NCBI GenBank assembly: GCA_043228905.1 | Contig: JBHGNT010000022.1 | Span: forward strand, 2,046,001-2,110,000 | Length of the DNA: 64,000 bases | Reading direction: 5' to 3' | Source of the DNA: Azolla caroliniana | Lineage: Eukaryota > Plantae > Polypodiophyta | Shown: one piece after another, positions 37,193 to 46,843 of the stretch | Position numbering within the stretch: the stretch's first letter is position 1 | How the letters are laid out: every line of letters starts with the position of its first letter | Notes under the pieces: model-generated | What the model saw: the letters and a program-made list of their open reading frames with translations, nothing else | What the model was told of the DNA's origin: nothing | Database searches by the model: none | Program-made: the position numbers and the translations under genes

Positions 37193-37302
37193 TTTATAAG
37201 TGTAATGAAGCATTAATCCATCTCTCCAGCCACATCTTTGGAGAAGTATTTTGGAAGGGAAATACCTTGTGGTCGTAGCTAGAGCCCAGCCTAGGATAAA
37301 CA

Positions 37303-38261
37303 CATTGCCGAGAAAGGCAAGGCAGGTGGTAGAGCCAAGAAGGGCCAATCCGACCTCAAGATAAAGGCCAAGACCAGGACATGGTCAGATGTGGTCAAGG
37401 GCCGAACTAAGGACGGATCGGAGACAGACGATTCGGACAAGAGTGGGAATGGATCGAAGACAGTTGATCCAATTGACGGTAGTGATCTAGATGAGATGAA
37501 TCATGTGAATGCTAGGCATACAAGAAGACAACCGAAGCCGACGCCGATACGGAGCAGCCAACAAGTGGAGGGGCGCCAATGTCGCGACAACAAGGGAGTT
37601 AATAAGGGCCTCAGGAGTAGACGAGCTGACTGTAGGGGTCGAGAAGCATCGAACCGGACAGGTCAAGGGACGCGGGACCGGACTGGACGAGGAGCACAAA
37701 GGAGGCATGAAGATGCCAAGAGATGCCGGAAGAAAGGACTAGCGGATGCTGACATGAGGAACTGACCTCAAGTTGAGCTTGAGGGGGAGTGTTGAGTGAC
37801 AAGCTCAACATGGGTTGATCGGTTGAATAAGTTGAAAGCCGGATCGAACATAGATAAATCGGATAGGCCTGAATCGGTTGAAGAAGTCGTGAGTTGAATC
37901 GGCTAATAGGTTGAATTGGTTGGGCAAGTCGGATGGAATCTGACAAGCCGTTAGGAATACTTGAGGCCTATTTTAGTAAATAGGACTTCTATAGGATAAT
38001 TAGTGTCAGATGCTCCTTTAAGAGCATTGAAGTACTTGTCAGTACTTCATGTCAGTCCTGTCAGAGGTTTGTATAAAAACTGCTCTGTGAGCACAATTGT
38101 ATATGTTGAGTCATTCTGTAATGGATGTTTTTTTGTGGTCTGCTTACTCAATCTCTCAATCTCCCCCCATATTCTTTGTGTATACCTAACTTTTTGTTGT
38201 TGTCTTGTTGAACCGGTTGTGTTTGTTGTTCATAAGCTTCCACACACGCTATTCTTTTACA
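37303..38261 (+). mobile_element. 3' end of an outer copia: 3' internal tail, PPT and 3' LTR 37790-38261
   Basis: PPT gagggggag, then TGTTGAGTGACAAGCTCAACA...TTTTACA, the same LTR type as 10657-11050. Confidence 0.8.
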
Positions 38262-40500
38262 ATCACCAATGGTGTCCCTAATTGCACCCACGTGAAAGGT
38301 GGTAGCCCTAGAGCCCCAAACCATTGTTACATACATAGGGGAATGGATCACTAATGAGTCAAAGAGCCACCCCTTAGTTCATTTCTCTAGAAAGTATGCA
38401 TGGCTGCATTGTCTCTTTGAGAGTGAGAGAGAATTATATCCTCTTGTTAGTCTATCTTGGGATGCTTGTGTCATTGAAAATTTACCTAAGCGAGCATTGA
38501 AAGTGACTCCAAGATATATATATATATATGATCCAACTACCTCAACTAATCTATGAGAGTGTTTGGTAACATTTGGTCCTAACTCGAGCAGATGTGTTGA
38601 AGATATGGTGTCATTGTAGGTTGTTGCAGACTTAGAGAGTAAAATTATGTTGTCCACATAGAGCAAGAGATTGACTTGCATACCCCCTAGGACTACTCCG
38701 TTGCCTCCCTTACAAGCAATAAAATCAATGATCTCATCAATGACCTTGTCTTACACCAATGGTGTTAGTGAAGCAATTGGATAGACCACCCGAACATCAT
38801 ACACACCGAGAGATTTGCTCATATAAAGCATAAATGGCCCAAATCATGTCATCCAGAATCTCCAAGCTTTTAAGCTTATCAAACAACCGCTCTCTAGGAT
38901 TGTGTCTAAGGCTTTGTAGAAGTCCACAAAACAACAATATAATTTCTTCTTGCGAGCCTTGGTCTGATCAATTAAGCATCTAAGTGTGAAGATATGATCA
39001 ATAGTAGAGGAGGTTTGTCTAAAGCTAGTAAGTTCTAGTACCTGAAGACTTACTATCTCCATATAATCATTGATCTCTGCTCCCATTACTGCACCATGTA
39101 ATTTAGCAAGCATATGACCAATCATAATGGTCCTATATGTATTTGGTTCCATGAGATCCCCTCCTTTATGTATAGGGGCCACTGTGTTCATGGTTCACTA
39201 TGGTGGAAAACCCTCAACGAGGGCACTATTGAAGAGTAGGTGAGAAAAGGAGCTAGGTATGATGCGTTCAACCCACAATCCTATGTAATCCATGGACTTT
39301 CTATGTTGTAATTTCTTTATGACCTTTGTGACCCTAGATGTCGTGCAAAAATGTCCTCATTAGTAGGTCGAGGTGTAGAAAGCATAAGAATGGGTGGCTA
39401 GTTTGGACTTGGTAAAGTCTCTTTGTATATGTATGCCAAGTGTTAGGATCCTCAATGTGTGTTTATGGTCTTGGTTCATGTAGTCTTCTTCCATGCAATG
39501 ACACAAATGCTACTCATGAGCATATGGTAGAGTTCCCAATATTGAGATGCCTCCCATGCTCATCTCTTACAATGTGTCATCTTACACATTTCTTTGCTAG
39601 CCTATACTAAGGTAATAGTATCCTAAGTTGCGATACTTTAAGTTGTCTATATAAGTCTCTACAATCCTCATCATACCATCTATTCTGTGGCATAAACCCT
39701 ACTCTACCTTGCTTGGAGTGTTTCATATGTGGAAAACTACTAATTGTTGTAGAATGAAGGATGCATCTAAGTTGTGTAGTAAGATTCACTAAAGGTAAGG
39801 AAGAATCAAGAGAGGAGAGATGAGCTTGAACATGCCGAGAGTAGATATCAGAGAGCTTGTGTGTGAAATGTATCATGGTGTGATGGCTTGGTTTACTAGA
39901 GTTGGTGGCGTTGGAGATATTACTTTTTAACTCAAAGTATAAGAAGCTATGGTTAGCACCAATAGGGCATGGGGCCACTCGAATGGAGTGGATCATTTGG
40001 ATAGCTTTAGGGCGTCCTATTAGATAGGATAGCTGACTATGCTTTCCCCTCCTCCGTGCAAAAAACATGTGAGTTCTTTCGAGCTCGAACACTTAGCTAA
40101 ACCATTATATATGATCATATGGTGCCGACTTCCAAGTTCAAGCAAGTGATGGCCAAAGCTTGTAGCGTCTGCACCTTGGTCTTTTGATCTACATGTGGTG
40201 CCTATAGCTAAGGGATCAACATTCACCATTTCTAGGTGTGTATCCATCTGAAATATGGGATTGAGTTCTCACATTGAAATCTCCTACAAGGAAGACCTCC
40301 CTTGAGAAGAGTATTAGATTATGTCATCCAATAAAGGTTCATATGGGGAAGGCCCACGTGGCATTCCTTGATCCGCGAATCTCACTTCTCCAGCCATATT
40401 ATAACGGGATCCTTTTGGGGGGACGTAAAAAATGGAAATAAATATTGTGTGATCCTTGGTAGTGAGGACTTTCACCCACAAAGAGTGAAGAGCAAAAGGC
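38262..40500 (-). mobile_element. decayed LINE ORF2 (endonuclease-RT), cut at 38262 by the LTR nest
   Basis: LVGDFN-like motif, WYDEDC, PNTYRTIMIG, STIDHIFTL, CFVDF, LLYVDNIIL, YIYLGVTF. Confidence 0.85.
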
Positions 40501-41114
40501 AAAAAGCAAAAAGCAAAAGGCAAAAGGCAAAAGGCTAGGGTAAACTTGAGGTATACATACATACCGATACATGCATGAGAGATCTCTTTCTTTCATTCCT
40601 TCTGGAGATCATCATCACACCATAAGAAGAAGAAGAAGAAGAAGAAGAAGGAAGAAATAAGGGAAGCATAAAAAGGTTTGAGTGAGAGATAGAGGAGAGG
40701 AGGCATTTCGGTTCGGTTCGGTTCGGTTCGGTTTAGTTTGGTTTGGTTTGGTGGGCGATCTTTTGCCTCCAAGAAACCAAAAACAGAGCAAACCAAACCA
40801 ACAAAACAGAGCTTCCTCTCCATATCCAGTGATCTCTCCCTCTCTCTGTCTGTGTCTGTGTCTGTGTCTGTGTCTTCCTGTCTCTCTTCTCAGTCGATCT
40901 CATCTTTCTTCTTCACCTCACCTGATCTCTGCACGCTCTAGAAGAGCCATGCGTCTCTGTTTCTGCAACTCTTCCCAATGGATCCCCATCTTTCTTCTTC
41001 CTCTCCTTGATCTCTGCCCTCTCTAGATTAGCTTCCTCGCCCCACCTCTCTTCCTCTCTCCGTTTCTGTTTTTTTCTTTTCTTTTCTTTTCTTTCTCTCC
41101 GCCCTTTCATCGCC

Positions 41115-44039
41115 ATGGAAGCTGCATCTCTTCCGCGAACCATTGAAGAGATTTACAAAGATTACAAAGGTCGCAGAGATGGGCTCATTAAAGCCCTTAC
41201 ATCAGGCGAGTCCTCTTTATCCCTCCCTGCTTTTCTGTTCCTCCGTTTCTCTGTCTATTAACGGTTTCTGTGATTGTATATCTCCATGTTTTCTACTTCT
41301 TCTTTTTGTGAGGGTTAATTTATTGTCTTCTTTTTCTTCTACATACAGATGTTGAAGAATTCTACCATCAGTGCGATCCTGGTGAGTCCCATCCTTTGAT
41401 TTTTGTCTCAATAACATGTATGCCTTTTTCCCTTCTGTTCTTTCGGCTGTAGATTGGTCAGTATTTTCTATTCCAAGTGTTTTTCTTTATCTTTATAATC
41501 CTGGATTTTATTAGCATTTTCTTTGCAAATTACTGGTCTTACTGACCCTAGATTGGTGTTGGTTTTCTTTACAAAGATGAGTTAGGGTATGGATATCTAA
41601 TCCTAGTTTGGTGTTGGTTTTCTCTACAAAGATGAGTTAGGGTATGGATATCTAATCCTAGATTGGTTATGTCTTTCTCACTACAATGTATTTCTTTTCT
41701 GTTAAGATATGGATTGCCTGTTAAGATATTTCTCATATCAGCCCTAGAGTGGTTAGGGTTTATTCTTGTTACAGCGTATATATTTTCTTAACCCTAGATT
41801 TCTTATGGATTTCTTGGTACACTTTATTTCTTATTCCAACCCTACATTGCATATGTATTTCTTAACCCTAGAGAGTTTTCTTGTTGCAATTTATTTCTTA
41901 TTTTCACCCTAGATTGGTTAGCGCTGTATTCTTTCTTTCTAAACATAGATTGATTAGTGCATTGGTTGTGCTAACCCTAAATTGACTATGGTTCCCTTTA
42001 CAAATTTTTTGCTGCTTTCTCAACTGCTGATCGATGTGTGCGTTGTTTTATCTAACCCTTGATTGATTGGTGCGCTTCTTTACAAAGAGTAATGCTTAGT
42101 TCTAACCCTAGTTTAATTTAGGTTTCTTGATGATGTACACGGTTTTTTTTATCGGCTTTTTTAACCCTATATTGTTTTCATTTGGTACAAATTTCTATGC
42201 TTGTTTCCTCATCCTAGGTTTTGAAAATCCATTGTGTTTTATAGGTTTTTTGGCTAGGATTTTGTTCACACATGCTTCGATGAAACCATGTGTTTTGTGT
42301 GTCTTCCTTATCTTTCAATCTCATGAATTTGTTTGTGTGTTCTATACTTAATTTCATAGAGAATGAAAATCACGTATCTCACGATCTTTTTTTTTTGTTA
42401 ATGTACACCTTCACTCTTCCTACTTCTCAGGAATATTGGTTGTTTGTTTTCCTTGATAGAAAAGGAGAATTTATGCCTTTATGGGCACCCAGATGAGACT
42501 TGGGAGGTGAATTTACCTGCAGAAGAAGTGCCTCCCGAGCTACCAGAACCTGCATTGGGTATCAACTTCCCGAGAGATGGTTTGGATCGCCGAGATTGGC
42601 TCTCTCTTGTTGCCGTCCATAGCGATGTTTGGCTTCTTGCAGTTTCTTCCTTTTATGCAGCCCGATTTGATCGAAGTGAAAGGTAATGATAACCCTCTCA
42701 CCCTCTTATCTCTTCTTCCATCTTTACAAGAAATTACTGCGTGGAATATCTTATAAGAAGTAAAGTAAACTTGTAGACATTTTTTTTTTGTTTTCCAACT
42801 ATGAATTCCCTCATTAATATGGATAAATGGTTTGGTTCTGCTCAAGCCATTATCAGTTTAGCGGTTTTCAGTTTAAATGGTTTGAAACTGTGGTTCAAAC
42901 GGTTTTCAGTTTAGGATTGTCACTCTGATAATTTTCTTAAATATTTTTTGAACATTTTAAGCCTACTTTTGATATTTTAAGAAAAATCCGTAAATTTTGA
43001 AAAATTAAAATTTGAAATATTGAAAAATTTTAAAATTTTAAAATTAAATTGTGAAATTTTGAATTTTAACCTAACTTGAAAACCATAACTGAATCGCAGA
43101 AGCGCAGTTTTAGCAGTTTAAAGGTTTGAAAGTCTGTAAAACCGTTTGTAATGGTTCAGCTTACACGGTTTTGTGGTTTGGTTTAAGTCTCAAATTTTTT
43201 TAAATGGTTCAGTTTTAAACAGTTTGAGTTTGACACTCTCAAACAGAACCGAACAAAACCATTGCTAAATACGGATTAGGACCTAAGAGTTTGTTAGGAG
43301 CTTAAATTATCGTTCATGATTCAAAAATCAGGAAAAAGCTTGATGTTTCTTTGTGCCATTTTTTCCTTTCCTTTCCATACATTGGTTTTTCATGGACAAA
43401 TGCGTTTACTTCCTCATTCCCAGGAAACGCCTCTTCAACATGATAAATGAGCTTCCGACTGTTCTAGATGTGGTCTCTGGCAAGAAACATTCCTCTTCCA
43501 AGGAAAAATCTTCGATCATCAATGGAACAAAATCGAAGTCATCAGGGAAATCCGTAAGTGTCATAAATAATGTAGCTAAAAACAATTGAATTATCGCTAA
43601 CTTTTTGGGTATCTATTAAAAAACCCTAAGCTTTTCAAAACTTATGTAAGTATTTTTCTGTAAAACATGCATGACTTGCGGGGTTTTTATTGTAGAATCT
43701 GTTCTGAAAAGTTCGAGTTTGCCATTGTTTTTTCTTTGGCAGCAGGGAAAGCCAGCCAACAAACAGCCACCGCTTCCGAAGGAAGAGGAGGAGCTAGAAG
43801 GGCGAGAAAGAGAAGAACCTGAAGATGAAGAAGGTGAAGAAGGAGAGGAAGAGCACGGGGACACGTTTTGCGGAATGTGTGGAGGACCTTACACCGGAGA
43901 CGAGTTCTGGATTGCTTGTGATATTTGCGAGAAGTGGTATCATGGGAAGTGTGTGAAAATCACTCCGGCTAAAGCCGAACACATTGAGCAATACAAATGC
44001 CCTTCTTGCATCGGCAAGAAGAGGCCTCGCCCTTCTTAA
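41115..44039 (+). CDS. AL: Alfin-like PHD finger protein (AL family, H3K4me reader), ~257 aa; exons 41115-41205, 41349-41381, 42460-42682, 43424-43553, 43743-44039
   Basis: [98 protein letters not shown]; exon phases join in frame. Confidence 0.95.
41545..42170. repeat. degenerate intronic repeats with an (A)ACCCTAGATTGG core, including a 55-bp tandem pair
   Basis: about a dozen accctag/accctaa cores; 41547-41656 is a near-exact duplicate pair. Confidence 0.6.
42820..43270. mobile_element. degenerate hAT-derived MITE-like remnant in AL intron 3
   Basis: inverted ends aatggtttggttctg / cagaaccgaacaaaaccatt, GGTTT/AAACC arrays, AT-rich core; no clear TSD. Confidence 0.5.
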
Positions 44040-45865
44040 CATGCAATTCATTATGTGTTGTAACCAAAAGTTAAAAAAGTTCCTAACAGGTTTTCTTCTG
44101 CTGAAAAGAACAAAGCAGTGATCCCCTAACCAAATTTGACTGATCAACGCGACAAAATTTAGAGGGCCCTTAAGGTGGGCGATAATTGTAACATTCTCTC
44201 TGCCTTGTGTTTTTTGCCATTTTTGTTTGGTTGATTAATCTTAAGACTTTTGTACACACAGATAGAATCATCAGTAAATAAATTGTATGTGATGGATGAA
44301 TAGTAGGTGACCATTTGCGCAACATTTCTGTTAAAAAGTTTGGAATTGCATGACTCCTTGATTCAATGACCCCTTACCTTTTTTAAATGTGATCAAGAGT
44401 TGAGGAGAAGAGCACACACTAGATGTATGTCTCTAATGTGTTTCTTGTTGTCTGGTTGTCTCTGTCTCTAGATATATTCCTTGGTGAATTAGGGTTTTTT
44501 GCGCTGCTAGTGTAGTGTATCATGGTGCCCGTGGGAGAGATGTTGAGCATAGGCATAGTGTAGTGTCTACAACCATGCCATTCGAAGGCATTGCCTAAAA
44601 GCTTCTATATACAATAATGAAAAATGCATTAGTCACGGGACGGGGTCTTTAGTTTGTGTACAATAGTTCTATTTGTGTCGAGAATTGTCCTTTTTTTTTA
44701 GCTTGCAATGTGTAATATGATGGGTTGCTATGTCCCCCCTTTGGATCTTTCTTGAGATGTATCCCGTTATCAAGCTCTTGTCGTCTTTGTTTCTTCATGT
44801 GGAGGAGGGTAATGTTTTCCATTGTTACAATTGTCCATGCATTGTATGTTTTCGGATGGGTCTTAAAACTTGTTTTTGGCTGTTTGTTTATGTTAATCAT
44901 GAAATCATATATTATGGGTGACCCTTATACAAGTGTCCTCTTTATGCTTATGCCCATTGTGCATTCCATAGTTTCATGTCACTCATGTTTGCGGAATGGC
45001 TATACATTCTCAGTATCGTAGGAAATGTGATTGACACATGATGTGAATTTGGGTATATCCCTAACATCCATGTTTCAGCCAATAATGTATGCATGGGCAT
45101 AAGGTGTTAAATGTTATGTAATAAAAGGATGGTTGTAACTTGTAACTTATGCCCACAAACCATGATGTGCGCAATGTAGTAAGGCCAATGGCATGTACGG
45201 TATGTACAATAAGGAAATTTTGGTCTTACCTTTACTCTTATCAGGGTCTTTTTTATTAATGGCAACCTTCATTAAGTCATATATTTGGAACATTATCACA
45301 TGTATCAAACAATCTATTTAAATCCTCTTTTCATTTGCTATGATTTGAAGTCACACTAATAATACAATATATTTTAAATGCACTTTGAAAAAGAAGATGC
45401 ATTGCTATGGGGAGTTGGTACAAGATAGTACATATGAAAGAATTATAAAACCAAAAAGACTCACGCTTAGAACTCAACCAAGCTATCTAAGAAGTTCCAC
45501 GTAAGAATCTTCAAAACAACTAACAAAAGGATATATGAAAATAGGCACTCAACCTTACAAGTATACTCTATTTGGGAGAAACGAAAGCAAATTTATTGGA
45601 TCAAAAACCCTACAACAACTTACACCATCTTTTAAATATGTAGGACCAAAAGAGTGAGAATACTTGCCCACCATTTAGATAAGCCCCCACTGAAGCATGG
45701 CGAGCAGTAACAACATCGTTAATGCATTGCAAGCAACTCGATTGAAAAACACACACGCACACACTATGGAATGGGCGTGTGTATCATCATGCCACACAAA
45801 CGCGCACACACAAACATATAGTCAATAACATACTTGTCTCTAGGAATAAACTTCTCTCTCTATAT

Positions 45866-46412
45866 GTTTAGGGTTTCATACACTAAAAAACTGAACTAGA
45901 TTAGGGTTTCATGCACTAGATTTGACCTAGATTAGGGTTCCATGCATTGGAAATATGCTAGATTAGGGTTTCATGCACTAAAAGTGAACTAGATTAGGGG
46001 TTCATACGCTAGAAAAGTGAACTAGGTTAGGATTTCATGTACTACAAATGAACTAGATTAGGGTTCCATGCAATAAAAAGGAACTAGATTAAGGTTAAAA
46101 AGTGAACTAGGTTAGGGTTTCATGCACTAAAAGTGAACTAGATTAGGGTTTCATGTACTAAAAATGAACTAGATTAAGGTTAAAAGTGAACCAAGTTAGG
46201 GTTTCATGCACTAAAAATGAAGTAGATTAGGGTTTCATGCAATAAAAAGGAACTAGATTAAGGTTAAAAGTGAACCAGGTTAGGGTTTCATGCACTAAAA
46301 ATGAAGTAGATTAGGGTTCCATGCAATAAAAAGGAACTAGATTAAGGTTAAAGAGTGAACTAGGTTAGGGTTTCATACACTAAAAATGAACTAGATTAGG
46401 GTTTCATGCACT
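45866..46412. repeat. ~31-bp minisatellite carrying telo-boxes (AAACCCTAA on the minus strand)
   Basis: unit GAACTAGATTAGGGTTTCATGCACTAAAAAT, about 14 long and 4 short (~21-bp) units. Confidence 0.9.
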
Positions 46413-46483
46413 TCAGGTGACCATATGAACATGAAAGGTCCTTCGAGAATCAATAGAGAAGTAACCCCATAGTTTGTAGAATT

Positions 46484-46490
46484 TATAAAT
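46484..46490 (+). promoter_or_regulatory. probable TATA box of the BAG-like gene
   Basis: TATAAAT followed by a pyrimidine-rich initiator-like tract and a GA-rich leader. Confidence 0.5.
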
Positions 46491-46843
46491 ATAGCCCCCA
46501 TACAAATCCCCTGCCCCCACCCCCCACTCTCTTTCTTCTTCTTCTTCTTCTCATTAGAATATTCAAATATCTACAGAATGCAAGAAGAAGAAGAAGAAGA
46601 AGAAGTCATGTAATGTAAAACAGGAAGAAGAAGAGCAGGGTGCTAAGGTAGGTAATCAATCAGGCAGAGACAAAGAGAGAGACAGATTGGAATTAACACA
46701 GAAAGATCCAAAGAGAGACAAAAAAATCGGAAGGAAACAGATAAGGATCGATCAAGATAGATATTGATAGAGAGAGGGGGAGATCTGAAAGGTAAGAAAT
46801 CGAAAGTGTGAGAGAATTATATATGCATAGAGAGATCGAGAGA

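Larger units (their letters stand above)
3806..37302 (+). mobile_element. large decayed non-chromovirus Ty3/gypsy (Athila-like) with an extra 3' ORF; host of many nested insertions; 5' end outside the window
   Basis: gag 3806-4240 and 8090-8500 with CCHC knuckles, protease (IIDKGSRVNVIS) 8946-9320, RT (RVCVDYRKLN, MMFGLK) 9858-10426, RNase H ~11056-11700, integrase 17433-18560, extra ORF, PPT aagaagagag, putative 3' LTR 31085-37302. Confidence 0.85.
31085..37302 (+). repeat. putative 3' LTR of the large gypsy (~420 bp net), interrupted by copia C and a hAT MITE
   Basis: follows purine tract aagaagagag, starts TGTTCAGG, contains TATATAAA ~36458, ends GGATAAACA; the partner LTR is not in the window. 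Confidence 0.55.

Noticed and set aside
40491-40535. (GCAAAAG)n and nearby (GAA)n, (CTGTGT)n tracts as a special element
   Set aside because: Simple sequence repeats typical of plant promoter regions; no further structure seen.
44650-45300. Cys/His pattern on the minus strand (CHWP...VCGHK) resembling a RING fragment
   Set aside because: Too decayed and short, with no continuous frame or splice support.
45866-46412. Regular repeats as a CRISPR array or interstitial telomere
   Set aside because: No unique spacers or cas genes in a eukaryotic context; the TTAGGG motifs are single and spaced, not tandem TTTAGGG.
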